DNA of 64,000 nucleotides from Eledone cirrhosa (GCA_964016885.1 OZ024766.1:1612001-1676000); one strand, 5' to 3'; counted from the first letter of the stretch, positions 1-12,377 are shown. Notes: generated from the sequence alone by a model not told the origin. A program made the numbers and translations.

Positions 1-269
1 CACATATATATGTATGTATATACTTCAAAACATATGTTGTGTACATCGTATGAAATTTATGCCTGCTCCCTCTCTACATAATAAACAGAGCTACCCCCCT
101 GGAGGAATCAAAGCTCTACCCTCTCTTCCACTCACTCCCACTTTACTGGTGGCTAACTTTACTCTCAGATCTTTTGATTCTAAATTCTGTTTCCTTAATT
201 GGCCACCGTATCTGTATCAGTGAGCTGCCCAACGTTACCAAACTTAGACCAATTACATCAGTTGTCAAG

Positions 270-600
270 AGTTCTTAAACTATGCAGTCATATAAAAAGA
301 TTAACTCGTGGTGTGAGTAGGTTATGTCTGGAAGGAAGGTTGGCTGGTAAGAGAAGCAGAGGCCGGCAGCCAAAACGATGGCTTGATAATGTCAACTTAT
401 GGACTGGACTTGATCTTTGCTCTTTAAACTCTGCTGTTGGTGATTGAAAGGTATTATATATTCCTGGAAGAAAGGTTGGTTGGTGAGAGAAGCAGAGGCC
501 GGCAGCCAAAACGATGGCTTGACAATGTCAACTTATGGACTGGACTTGATCTTTGAACTCTGCTGTTGGTGATCGAACTTTGCGGAGAAATATCACATGT
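270..600 (+). mobile_element. RTE-clade LINE 3' ORF fragment with a local internal duplication
   Basis: Translates to LKLCSHIKR...LEGRLAGKRSRGRQPKRWLDNV..WTGL, an RTE-type C-terminus; roughly 328-445 is repeated at roughly 465-570. Confidence 0.75.
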
Positions 601-679
601 TGATGCGCAGTCTGCAGCTGGCGGGGTTTAGCGTCGCAAGAAGAACGTATTTTCTAGTTTAATTAGTATGGCGGTGCTC

Positions 680-802
680 ATACACAAGAATGCCACAGTA
701 CCGAAATATGCAGATGACATCAAGCTGTACCTTGAGATAAAAAGGGCAGATCCTGAACACTATAGATCTTTCCTGCAGTCTGACCTGGACACAATACAGT
801 AA
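680..802 (+). mobile_element. CR1/L2-group LINE reverse transcriptase fragment
   Basis: Frame reads IHKNATVPKYADDIKLYLEIKRADPEHYRSFLQSDLDTIQ*. Catalytic YADD at 707-718 followed by the LQxDL motif. Confidence 0.8.
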
Positions 803-921
803 AGGGTCACTTGGTCTACTAGTTTTATTCCTCTATAGTTGCTCCTATCTAGAGTATCACCTTTGCCCTAGTAGCAATTTATAATGATACTGCTTCACCA
901 GACATACAGACAGATATATAT

Positions 922-1252
922 ACATGGCTTAGTGGTTAGAGCATTGGCCTTGCAATCGAAAGGTTGTGAGTTCAATTCTCAGACCGGGTGATGTGTTGTT
1001 TCCTTGAGCAAGACACTTTATTTCACATTGCTCCAGTTTACTCAGCTGTAGAAATGAGATGATAGGGACTGGGGTCCCTATCATTCCACTGCAAAGTGGT
1101 CGTGGAGGTGCCACGGCAAAAAAAGCACCCAGCACTCACTGTAAATGAGGTTGGTGTTAGGAAGGGCATCCAGCTGTAGAGATCAAGCCAGCATCAATTC
1201 CCGTCCCACCCTTGCAAGCAGGGAAAAGTGGACGTAAAATGATGATGATGAT
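922..1252 (+). mobile_element. tRNA-derived CORE-like SINE (family A), near full length
   Basis: A box TGGCTTAGTGG, B box GAGTTCAATTC, CORE-like CCTTGAGCAAGACACTT, LINE-like 3' tail and (ATG)n end; near-identical copies elsewhere in the window. Confidence 0.9.
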
Positions 1253-1322
1253 ATATATATATATATATATATAATAAACTGAAGATCCAATAAAAGGGTG
1301 AAAGCAGCGATTCTTTGCTTAA

Positions 1323-1543
1323 CCCTTTAGCATTCCAACCGACCATATCCGGCTAGAATTCTCTCACCTCTTTCTGTTCAAACCAGTTGAAACTGGCTGC
1401 TTTATACTGATGTTAAGGTATTGTTCTCAAAATAAATAACATCAAAATCTCATAGATTCGATATTATGTGAGATATTTATGTAAGACAAAGTGTTTACTA
1501 CAAAATACAATGGTATATATAGAGTAATGTAAATGGTAAAGGG
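1323..1543 (+). mobile_element. piggyBac-like non-autonomous element (MITE), 221 bp
   Basis: TTAA at 1319-1322 and 1544-1547; termini CCCTTTAGCATT...AATGGTAAAGGG; an empty-site paralogue lies at 15286-15340. Confidence 0.85.
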
Positions 1544-1566
1544 TTAAACTTTAATCTGTACACATA

Positions 1567-1598
<32 letters not shown>

Positions 1599-1675
1599 CT
1601 GTTCACACAGACGCTATTTGCCAGATGTAGGACATTCCAACAGTGAAAGGCATGATTTTCTAAATATAGATGAGG

Positions 1676-1720
<45 letters not shown>

Positions 1721-1892
1721 TGTGTGGGTGTATATGTGTGTGTGTGTGTGTATATATGTGTGTGTGTGTTTCTGTCTGTGAATACACATATACGAGGGTA
1801 AGTAAAAACATTACCCACACTTAGGCCCTAACATATCTTTAGGTTTGCCACACAACCTTCTTCAGGTGTGGGCTTACAGTAAATATGGCCTG

Positions 1893-2058
1893 TCTGTCAG
1901 CAGTGTACCCCGGGGAGTGGTCTGTCAGCAGTGTACCCCGGGGAGTGGTCTGTCAGCAGTGTACCCCGGGGAGTGGTCTGTCAGCAGTGTACCCCGGGGA
2001 GTGGTCTGTCAGCAGTGTACCCCGGGGAGTGGTCTGTCAGCAGTGTACCCTGGGGTGG
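1893..2058. repeat. 28-bp minisatellite, about 6 copies
   Basis: Unit TCTGTCAGCAGTGTACCCCGGGGAGTGG. Confidence 0.95.
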
Positions 2059-2136
2059 GAGAAAGAGCAGTGGTCTGATTTCTCTGGTCAGAATACGTCT
2101 CAAAGTCAGCAATTCACACTAAAATACTGAAGCCTG

Positions 2137-2628
2137 TTGTGGTGGTGGTGTTGTAGTGGTGGTGTTGTAGTGGTGGTGAGGTGGTGTTGTAGTGGTGGTG
2201 GTGGTGGAGTGTGTGGTGTTGTAGTGGTGGTGTTGTAGTGGTGGTGTTGTAGTGGTGGTATTGTAGTGGTGGTGTTGTAGTGGTGGTGAGGTGGTGGTGT
2301 TGTAGTGGTGGTGTTGTAGTGGTGGTGTTGTGGTGGTGGTGTTGTAGTGGTGGTAATAGTGGTGGTGTTGTAGTGGTGGTGATAAGAACCACAGAACTGT
2401 GTGTACACAAATTTACATATATATGCGTGTATATACACATATATATATACACATATATATATACACACATATATATATATATATACACACATATATATAT
2501 ATACACACATATATATATATATATATATACACACACATATATATATATATATATACACACACATATATATATATATACACACACACATATATATATATAC
2601 ACACACATATATATATATATACACACAC

Positions 2629-2659
<31 letters not shown>

Positions 2660-2677
2660 TATATATAAATATATATA

Positions 2678-2722
<45 letters not shown>
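2137..2722. repeat. Compound microsatellite: (GTG/GTA)n then (TA/CA)n
   Basis: Direct inspection. Confidence 0.95.
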
Positions 2723-2724
<2 letters not shown>

Positions 2725-2772
2725 ACAGAGAGAGAGGGGGGGATTGTGTGAGAGAAAGTGTATAGAGTGCTT

Positions 2773-2807
<35 letters not shown>

Positions 2808-2952
2808 GGGTGTAGAAAAGACGACGGGGAGAACGGAAAAGTCGGCAGTTGACAACAACAGCAAGAGTTACCTCCCCATAACCACTCGCCAGTAGAAGTT
2901 ATCTCCCCCTTATACAAGAATGGCGTCTCGGGAATTGCTACAATATATAACA

Positions 2953-3151
2953 ATCGTTTCTACTTTTGGGGGCACAAGGCCAGCAATTACCCAGTGTATT
3001 ACTGGTATTTTATTTTATTTACACCCCCCCCCCGCCGTATGGATGAAAGACAAAGCTGAACCTCGGCGCGATTGGAACGCAGAACGTAAATGGCCATAAC
3101 TCTATGCCACAATGCACAGCATCGGACGCTCTACCGATCACTGCCAATCCA
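2953..3151 (-). mobile_element. tRNA-derived SINE family B
   Basis: Reverse complement of the family B body (GCCTTTCATCC..GGGTCGATAAAATAAAGTACCAGT...GCTGGCCTTGTGCC). Confidence 0.85.
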
Positions 3152-3155
3152 TGAT

Positions 3156-3337
3156 AGTTGAATTAGTAGTAATCGCTAGAACATCAGACGCCATGCTTTT
3201 GCGGCACAGAGTTACGGCCCTTTACCTTCTGAGTTCAAATCCAGCCGAGGTTTAGCTTTGCCTTTCATCCTTACGGGGTCGATAAAATAAAGTACCAGTA
3301 ATACACTGGGGAACTGCTGGCCTTGTTTGGAGATATT
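3156..3337 (+). mobile_element. tRNA-derived SINE family B
   Basis: B box GAGTTCAAATCC and core GCCTTTCATCCTTACGGGGTCGATAAAATAAAGTACCAGT. Confidence 0.85.
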
Positions 3338-3814
3338 ACCCCCCCCCCCCTCCCTCCCACACACACTCAACAATGTATACATACCAGGGTATATAGCGTG
3401 AGGGTATGCCTATATACACTGGTATATGTGTGTGTGCATGTATATATATATATATATTTGCATATGTAACTATGTGTGTGTATATATACATATCTATATA
3501 TACATACAAACATAAATAACATACATATACATACATATATATAACATACATATACATACATATATATAACATACATATACATACATATATATATAACATA
3601 CATACATATATATATAACATACATATACATACATATATATATAACATACATACATACACATATATATACATACACATATATAACACATACATACATATAT
3701 ATATACATACATACATATACATATACAGACACATATATACATATACATACACTTATATATACATACACATATATACATACACACATATATATATATATAT
3801 ATACATACACAAAC

Positions 3815-4690
3815 TATGTTGGATGTGCAATGTCAATGTACATGAACAACCAAGCATTGATGAGTTGAGAGGGGGATAAGTTGTGGTGTGTGGGAGAGAA
3901 GACTGAGATGGTATGGACATGTGATGTGTTGAGAGAGAAACTGGGTATAAGAGGGATAAGTTGTGGTGTGTGGGAGAGAAGACTGAGATGGTATGGACAT
4001 GTGATGTGTTGAGAGAGAAACTGGGTATCAGAGGGATAAGTTGTAGTGTGTGGGAGAGAAGACTGAGATGGTATGGACATGTGATGTGTTGAGAGAGAAA
4101 CTGGGTATAAGAGGGATAAGTTGTGGTGTGTGGGAGAGATGACTGAGGTGGTATGGACATGTGATGTGTTGAGAGAGAAACTGGGTATAAGAGGGATAAG
4201 TTGTGGTGTGTGGGAGAGAAGACTGAGATGGTATGGACATGTGATGTGTTGAGAGAGAAACTGGGTATAAGAGGGATAAGTTGTGGTGTGTGGGAGAGAA
4301 GACTGAGATGGTATGGACATGTGATGTGTTGAGAGAGAAACTGGGTATAAGAGGGATAAGTTGTGGTGTGTGGGAGAGAAGACTGAGATGGTATGGACAT
4401 GTGATGTGTTGAGAGAGAAACTGGGTATAAGAGGGATAAGTTGTGGTGTGTGGGAGAGAAGACTGAGATGGTATGGACATGTGATGCACATGGAGGATGA
4501 GCGCTGGGTAAAGATGTGCCAGGAAATGCCAGTAGAAGGAAGACCATGGGCGGAGGTGGTGAGAGCAGACCTCAGATCGCTGAAGCTCACGGAGGAAATG
4601 ACGAAGGACCGTGACAAGTGGAGAGATGCTGTGCTGAATAGGACCCGTCCCACCCTTGCAAGCAGGGAAAAGCAGACGTAAAATGATGAT
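3815..4690 (+). mobile_element. RTE LINE 3' fragment containing an 80-bp tandem amplification (about 8 copies)
   Basis: Encodes [35 protein letters not shown]...; unit recurs at 3901, 3981 ... 4461; ends in GCAAGCAGGGAAAAG...AAATGATGAT. Confidence 0.92.
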
Positions 4691-4819
4691 ATTTACATAC
4701 AAACATATACATACATATACACACACATGTATACACACACACAAACAGATACACATACATACAGATGTGAAGGAAGGAAGAATACTTGTGTGTGTGTGGA
4801 TGCACCAACAATGTCGATA

Positions 4820-5345
4820 AAACCATCAACAACACCACCACCATCACAACCACCAATACTATTATGACCACCACCACCACCACCATCACAACCACCAATA
4901 CTATTATGACCACCACCACCACTACTACCAACACCACCACCACTACTATCATGACCACCACCACCAACACTACCACTAACACCACCACCACCACCACCAC
5001 TACTACCAACACTACCACCACCACCAACACTACTACCACCACGACCAGCATCAACACTACCACCACTACCACCACCACCACTATTACCAACACTATCACC
5101 ACCACCACCACCACCACTACCACTAACACCACCACCACCACCACCACTACTACCAACACTACCACCACCACCAACACTACTACCACCACGACCACCATCA
5201 ACACTACCACCACTACCACCACCACCACTACTACCAACACTATCACCACCACCACCACCACCACTACTACCAACACTACCACCACCACCACCACCATCAA
5301 CACTACCACCACCACCACCACTATCGTGACCACTACCAGTAGTAG
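4820..5345. repeat. (ACC/ACT/AAC)n trinucleotide tract
   Basis: Direct inspection; source of the poly-T/V/G ORFs. Confidence 0.95.
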
Positions 5346-5557
5346 CGGAAGGCAACAGGATATTCTACAACCCTGGGCCAACATCTGATAACCACTAAGA
5401 GGAAGTACAAGTTGTATCTTCTACATTCTTTTTGGTAAATACTTCCACTGTTAGTCACGTACAACCTCTTGGATTGGACAGATATATATATGTGTATATA
5501 TATAATGTATATATATATATATACACACACGCATATATATATATATATATATATACA

Positions 5558-5870
5558 CAGTTTTGTATCGTAGAACCAGGGGTGTTTGGAACATAACTTA
5601 ACAAAGGTTCTTACATAAAATTATGATGGAAGGTTTTTAGATAAATATAAACACTTTAAAACAGTTTTGTATCATAGAACCAGGGGTGTTTGGAACATAA
5701 CCTAACAAAGGTTCTTACATAAAATTATGATGGAAGGTTTTTAGATAAATATAAACACTTTAAAACAGTTTTGTATCATAGAACCAGGGGTGTTTGGAAC
5801 ATAACTTAACAAAGGTTCCTACATAAAATTATGATGGAAGGTTTTTAGATAAATATAAACACTTTTTTAA
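5558..5870 (+). repeat. 104-bp tandem repeat x3, derived from a dispersed element
   Basis: Unit starts at 5558, 5662 and 5766; related sequence at 41.8-42.2 kb, 47.0 kb, 59.3 kb and 62.0 kb. Confidence 0.9.
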
Positions 5871-6206
5871 AAAATGGGGTGAGGGGGACTGTTTGGGGCA
5901 TTTTAATAGTGTGAAATCTTGATGATATTTAGCTGCTATTTCTAGTGACCAGTATGTCCACATAGCTGGTCTCAAAGCCGGCCATTACTGGGGAAGGGCA
6001 GAAAGAAAGTCTGGTAGCTAGAAATGTTGGCGTTCATGTTTATATAATGAGTTCTTTGAGAGGGGGTTGAGATAAAGCTGTTGTACAGATATGGAATGGC
6101 ATGTGTTGTGATTATGATTATCATGTATGTATATATATATAAGACCTTATCTCATGCACGATAAATATATACACATACATGTGTGAGTGTATATATGTAT
6201 ATATAT

Positions 6207-6305
<99 letters not shown>

Positions 6306-6389
6306 TTGATTGACTTACGAAACATGGAAATTTGTAATATTTTCAAATTTGCCCCCGTCACACAAACCCACATATATACCATATATACA

Positions 6390-6449
<60 letters not shown>

Positions 6450-6528
6450 AATATATATACAGACACATAAATATATACATATACATACATATACACATAA
6501 ATGCATACAAACACATAAATGCATACAT

Positions 6529-6564
<36 letters not shown>

Positions 6565-6619
6565 TACATGTACATATGTGTGTGCATGCATATGTATATT
6601 TGTATGTGTGCACGCATAT

Positions 6620-6863
6620 AAAACAGTACTGGGGTTGATATGATTGACTAAATCAAGGCAGTGCCCCAGTATGGCCACAGTCTAGTGACTGAAACCAGTA
6701 AAACAGTACTGGGGTTGATATGGTTGACTAAATCAAGGCAGTGCCCCAGTATGGCCACAGTCTAGTGACTGAAACTAGTAAAACAGTGCTGGGGTTGATA
6801 TGGTTGACTAAATCAAGGCAGTGCCCCAGTATGGCCACAGTCTAGTGACTGTAACCAGTAAAA
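6620..6863 (+). repeat. 80-bp minisatellite x3 (SINE-tail-like unit)
   Basis: GTGCCCCAGTATGGCCACAGTC at 6661, 6741 and 6821; same unit as 24733-25583. Confidence 0.92.
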
Positions 6864-6897
6864 TAACAGAATAATGTAAATTAGTTGAACATCTCAC

Positions 6898-6962
6898 CAA
6901 TTCCAGGTGTAAAAGAAGTGTAATTAAAAGGTAAAAAAGTCCCATAGAGGTGTTGTACTCAC
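6898..6962 (-). other. Candidate 65-nt exon / recursive splice site (copy 1)
   Basis: Minus strand: CTCAC branch point, long T/C tract, CAG|GTGAGT; second donor TTG|GTGAGA 65 nt downstream. One frame reads EYNTSMGLFYLLITLLLHLEL. Confidence 0.45.
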
Positions 6963-7298
6963 CTGGAAAAGAAGAAGAAGAAAAAAATTACAGGTGAGAA
7001 TTATAACAGAGGTAAAAATATAGGGTTTCCATGGAAATATTTACACATTGAAACTACAACTTTATATATATATATATATATATGCCACTACTATATATAG
7101 AAGCCATGCCTGTGTATTCCCTCCATTCTCGCAAGTTCTGATGAATTGACAGGTTATAACAATGTATTGGTGATCGATTGATGCTGAAGCAGGCGGGTAG
7201 CGATCTCTAGACCTACCAGTTCAGAGAAACAATTGTCAGCAATGTGATTAAAGCCCTTATTGTATAGCAAACCGTGTCACTCTTCTTTCTTTCTTGAT

Positions 7299-7349
<51 letters not shown>

Positions 7350-7350
<1 letters not shown>

Positions 7351-7525
7351 CTATATCTTTAAGCGTTGGTCAGTCAATGATAAACATTGATTGCCAAATA
7401 AATTAACTTGGAGATATAAAAGATACAGAAGTGAAAACCAACCAAACAGTGAGTGTGTTCTGTTATTATTTCTGGCAATATTATTACAACTATATGACCC
7501 TCCCAAAGTATAACACTATATATAT
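7350..7525. mobile_element. Solo arm of the foldback element at 14360-14880
   Basis: Near-identical to about 14708-14882; ends TGACCCTCCCAAAGTATAACAC. Confidence 0.8.
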
Positions 7526-7803
7526 TGTAAAAATATTGATGTAATTCAATTCAAAAACTCAACGTGCATTTTCCACACAGGAATGACGGAGTATTTCTAG
7601 AATAAGGAAATACCAAACTTAGATGATAAAGTACTTTATTTTTCAATAGCAATTACTTGCACCAAGCTAACTTTGATATGTAAAATTTCGAGCTGTGTAT
7701 TCTACATTTTTTTGTGTGTGTATGAGGTACTCCTGCAAAATCTGAAGTGCCCCGGACCCCCTAAGGACTAAATCCAACCCTGATCAAGACCTTTAATGAT
7801 AAG

Positions 7804-7881
7804 GCCGTGATATATATTTCGAGGATGATTTTGGCTACGTAATTCAGCATAGAAGCCAGTGCCATGATCTCATCAGACAGC
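7804..7881 (-). ncRNA. Type I hammerhead ribozyme (subfamily 2, long stem II)
   Basis: gctgt-CTGATGA-[long imperfect hairpin]-GAAA-tatata-TC-acggc; 5-bp stem I, AUC cleavage triplet. Confidence 0.7.
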
Positions 7882-8079
7882 TTCTTATATAATAAAGTTA
7901 CAGTCAAGGAGGTAATCCCAAAAAGTGACAAGGGAACGGGCAAACAGGGACGTTCATTAATCGAATGCCCGTTCCTGTTTGTCCGTTCTCTTGTCACTTC
8001 AATTTTGGGATTACGTCCTTGATTGTAACTTTATTATGTAAGAAGCTGTCTGATGGGATCATGGCACTGGCTTCTATGC
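7847..8079. repeat. Imperfect palindrome, about 105-bp arms
   Basis: GCATAGAAGCCAGTGCCATGATC...GATCATGGCACTGGCTTCTATGC with a spacer of about 17 nt. Confidence 0.9.
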
Positions 8080-8193
8080 ACGAGCAACACACACGTGGCT
8101 TGTTAGTCCTGCTAGGGACTTTCCTATGGCCAGCAATACCAACTATTGCAATCATCATCATCATCATTTCATTTTACCAAGTATCGCAATCAC

Positions 8194-8525
8194 CATCATC
8201 ATCATCATTCCACTTTTCCCTGCTTGCAAGGGTGGGACGGGAACTGATGCTGGCTTGATCTCTACAGCTGGATGCCCTTCCTAACACCAACCTCATTTAC
8301 AGTGAGTGCTGGGTGCTTTTTTGCCGTGGCACCTCCACGACCACTTTGCAGTGGAATGATAGGGACCCCAGCCCCTATCATCTCATTTCTACAGCTGAGT
8401 AAACTGGAGCAATGTGAAATAAAGTGTCTTGCTCAAGGAAACAACACATCACCAGGTCTGAGAATTGAACTCACAACCTTTCGATTGCAAGGTCAATGCT
8501 CTAACCACTAAGCCATGTGCCTCCA
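8194..8525 (-). mobile_element. SINE family A, full length
   Basis: Reverse complement of 922-1252 including the tRNA-like head. Confidence 0.92.
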
Positions 8526-8955
8526 CAATATATGTCACATATCAAGCGATGTCTGTGTTTGAAACTTTTCTAAGTATTAACACTCACATATACAATCTCT
8601 TTATTGCAAGTTTGGAGGGTGGGAAATACAAGAAGGGTGTTGATTTTATACACCATCAAGTGGTGTGTGTGTGCGTGTGTGTGTGCGTATGTGTGTGTGC
8701 GTGTGCGTGTGTGTGTGTGTGTGCGTATGTGTGTGTGTGTGCGTGTGTGTGTGTGCGTATGTGTGTGCGTGTGTGTGTGTGTGTGTGTGCGTATGTGTGT
8801 GTATATATATATATAAAAGAAGAATCTGTTTCTAAATTAAACAAATTCAGATTGGTTATAAAATAGTGACATTTATATTTATATATGTATATATATATAT
8901 ATATATATGTGTATGTATGTGTGTGTATATATATATGTGTGTGTGTGTATAGATT

Positions 8956-8994
<39 letters not shown>

Positions 8995-9642
8995 ATGGGT
9001 ATATTTACATATATGTATGTAGATGTATGTATATATATATATGTGTGCATGCATATATACATATATGTATGTATAGTTATATATATATATATATATACAC
9101 ACATACACACGTGTGTGTGTGTATGTATATTTATGGTGCCAAGATAAAAATGTCTGTAAAAAATTTCCATTAAAACAGAAGTTACAATGTTGTATGGAAC
9201 TGTGGTGGTGGTGGTGGTGGGGTGGTGGTGGTGGAGGGTGGTGGTGGTGGTGGTGGGGTAGTGGTGGTGGTGGTGGTGGTGGTGGTGGTGTTAGACTAGA
9301 TGTGGGGGGGGGGGGTACTAGAGGTGTGGGCTAGACAGGGGTGGATGAGAGATGTGGTGGTGGTGGTGGTGTTATAGTGGTGTAATGGTGGTGGTGGGGT
9401 AATGGTGGTGGTGTAATGGGTGGTGTTGTAGTGGTGGTGGTGGCAGGTAGAGTGAGGGGTGGGGGTACAGTGTGGTTAGAGAGGTAACATGGAGAGGGTG
9501 GGTGGGAGAGGGAAGGGGAGTAGAGAGAGAGAGAGGGGGGAATGTGTGGGAGAGGCAATAGAGTGGGGGTAGAGAGAGGCAATAGAGTGGGGATAGAGAG
9601 AGGAGAAGGGGAGTATATTATAATGGGTCAATTGTGTAAGGT

Positions 9643-10070
9643 ACCACCACCACCACCACCACCGCCACCACCACTGCCACCACCACCACCACCACCACCA
9701 CCACCACCACCAATGCCACCACCACCACCACCACCACTGCCACCACCACCACCACCACCACCACTGCCACCACCACCACCACCACCACCACCAATGCCAC
9801 CACCACCACCACCACCACCACCACTGCCACCACCACCACCACTGCCACCACCACCACCACCACCACCACCACCACTGCCACCACCACCACCACCACCACC
9901 ACCACCACTGCCACCACCACCACCACCACCACCACCAATGCCACCACCACCACCACCACCACCACCACCGCCGCCACCACCACCACCACCACCACCACCA
10001 CCACCACCGCCACCACCGCCGCCACCACCACCACCACCACCACCACCACCACCACCACCACCACCACCAC
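9643..10070. repeat. (CCA)n tract, about 140 units
   Basis: Direct inspection; source of the poly-Pro/poly-Gly ORFs. Confidence 0.97.
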
Positions 10071-10102
10071 TTTCGATTTTAGTCTTCACATTTATTATTA
10101 TT

Positions 10103-10278
10103 TCGGCAGTATTGGTAGAGAGTCGGACACCATGCTTTGCAGCATAGTGTTACGGCCCTTTACGGTCTGAGTTCAAATCTCGCCGAGGTTAACTTTGCCT
10201 TTCATCCTTAAAATAAAGTACCAGTAATACACTGGGGTAATTGCTGGCCTTGTGCCTAAAGTAGAAACAATTATTACT
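10103..10278 (+). mobile_element. SINE family B
   Basis: A-box-like TCGGCAGTATTGG, B box GAGTTCAAATC, family B core and tail. Confidence 0.88.
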
Positions 10279-10547
10279 GTATATATATATACGTGTGTGT
10301 ATATATGTATATATATGTGTATATATGTGTAAATATGTGTATATATGTGTAAATATGTATATATATGTGTATATATGTGTGTATATATGTATATATATGT
10401 GTATGTATGTGTATATATGTGTATGTATGTGTATATATATGTATATATGTGTGTATATATGTGTATATATGTGTGGATATGTGTGGATATGTGTGTGTGT
10501 GTGTATATATATATATGTGTGTATATATGTGTATATATGTGTGGATA

Positions 10548-10632
<85 letters not shown>

Positions 10633-10715
10633 ATGTATATATATATGTATATATATATATATATATATATGTGTGTATGTATATATATATGTATATATAT
10701 ATATATATATATATG

Positions 10716-10793
<78 letters not shown>

Positions 10794-11358
10794 CATATAT
10801 GTGTGTGTATGTATAAGCAGTCAATGTTTATATAAGGTATTTAAATAGAGTGTCGATATTTCGAACCAGTTGGTAAAAATTAACCTATATGTATATATAT
10901 ATATATAGATGTGTATATATATATATATATAGATGTGTGTGTGTGTGTATATATATGTGTATATATATGTGTGTATATATATATATGATCATATGTGTGT
11001 TTGCTTACCTCACCATGCGTATCTGTTCGTGTGTGTCTATATATGTGTAGATATACATATATACACACCATATAAGTATCTATACCATTCGCGCATGTGT
11101 GTGTATATATATGTGTGTATGTACATACACACATATATACACACCATCTGTGTTGTATGTTTTCAGGGGGAGTGTTGATAAAACACCCACACCACCCCCA
11201 CATTACACATTTCCTGAAATTCTCATTCTTTCCAAACAAACAAACACACACACATATATATATATGTATACACACCCATCTTTGTGTGTATATAAATATA
11301 TGTCTGTATGTGTGTGTGTGTGTATATATTTGTGTGTGTGTGTGTGTATATATGTATG

Positions 11359-11423
<65 letters not shown>

Positions 11424-11432
11424 ATGTATGTA

Positions 11433-11463
<31 letters not shown>

Positions 11464-11691
11464 ATATATGTGTGTGTGTATGTATGTATGTATGTATGTA
11501 TGTATGTATGTATGTATGTATGTATGTATGTGTGTGTATATATATACATATATATATATATATGTATATAACACCACTCCCAATAGTGAAATCTTAACTT
11601 CTTAACAGAAAAACGACCACAAATTATAGTAAATTTGGTGACCAGAGACAAGACTACTTAGTGTGACCCTGTTTATGTTATATACATATAT

Positions 11692-12112
11692 ATCATCATC
11701 ATCATCATCACCGTTTTACGTCCGTTCTTCCACGCTAGCATGGGTTAGACGGGTTGTCCTGTTGTGGGCAGTGTCTGGTCGGCTGACCATGCCTTGCTCA
11801 TACAGGAACTGATCTGGCTTGATTTCTACAGCTGGATGCCCTTCCGAACACCAACCTCATTTACAGTGTGGGCTGGGTGCTTTTTTGCCGTGGCACCTCC
11901 ACGACCACCTTGCGGTGGGGGAGTGGGGGCATATTGTTTATATGCTTCAGCATGTACCCGTGGGAGGTCGGGTACCCTGTATTACTGCGTGACGCCAGAA
12001 GTCACGGTCGTGTGTCATTGTCTTTGAGAGGTGTAGTTGGGTAAGGTCGGCTTTTATCACCTCATCCCAAGTCATCTTGGGTCTCCCCACTCCGCGGTTT
12101 CCATCAACTTCT
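11692..12112 (-). mobile_element. RTE LINE (second family) 3' end with a SINE-A-like segment in the 3' UTR
   Basis: EVDGNRGVGRPKMTWDEVIKADLTQLHLSK on the minus strand, then a UTR matching 28130-28460. Confidence 0.88.
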
Positions 12113-12156
12113 GGATATATATATATATACACACACATACATATATATATATATAT

Positions 12157-12377
12157 AGTTTACTCAGCCGTAGAAATGAGATGATAGGGACTGGGGTCCC
12201 TATCATTCCACTGCAAAGTGGTCGTCGAGGTGCCATGGCAAAAAAGCACCCCGCCCACACTGTAAATGAGGTTGGTGTTAGGAAGGGCATCCAGCTGTAG
12301 AAATCAAGTCTGAATCAGTTCCCGTCCCACCCTTGCAAGCAGGGAAAAAGCGGACGTAAAATGAAATGAAAATGATG

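Noticed and set aside
922-1000. tRNA gene
   Set aside because: A and B boxes belong to multi-copy SINE heads that continue into CORE-like and LINE-like sequence; no convincing acceptor stem.
4587-5388. Mucin-like poly-Thr and Gly-rich ORFs
   Set aside because: Trinucleotide microsatellite.
9542-10147. Formin-like poly-proline ORF
   Set aside because: Almost pure (CCA)n with no flanking domain or splice support; similar tracts occur throughout in both orientations.
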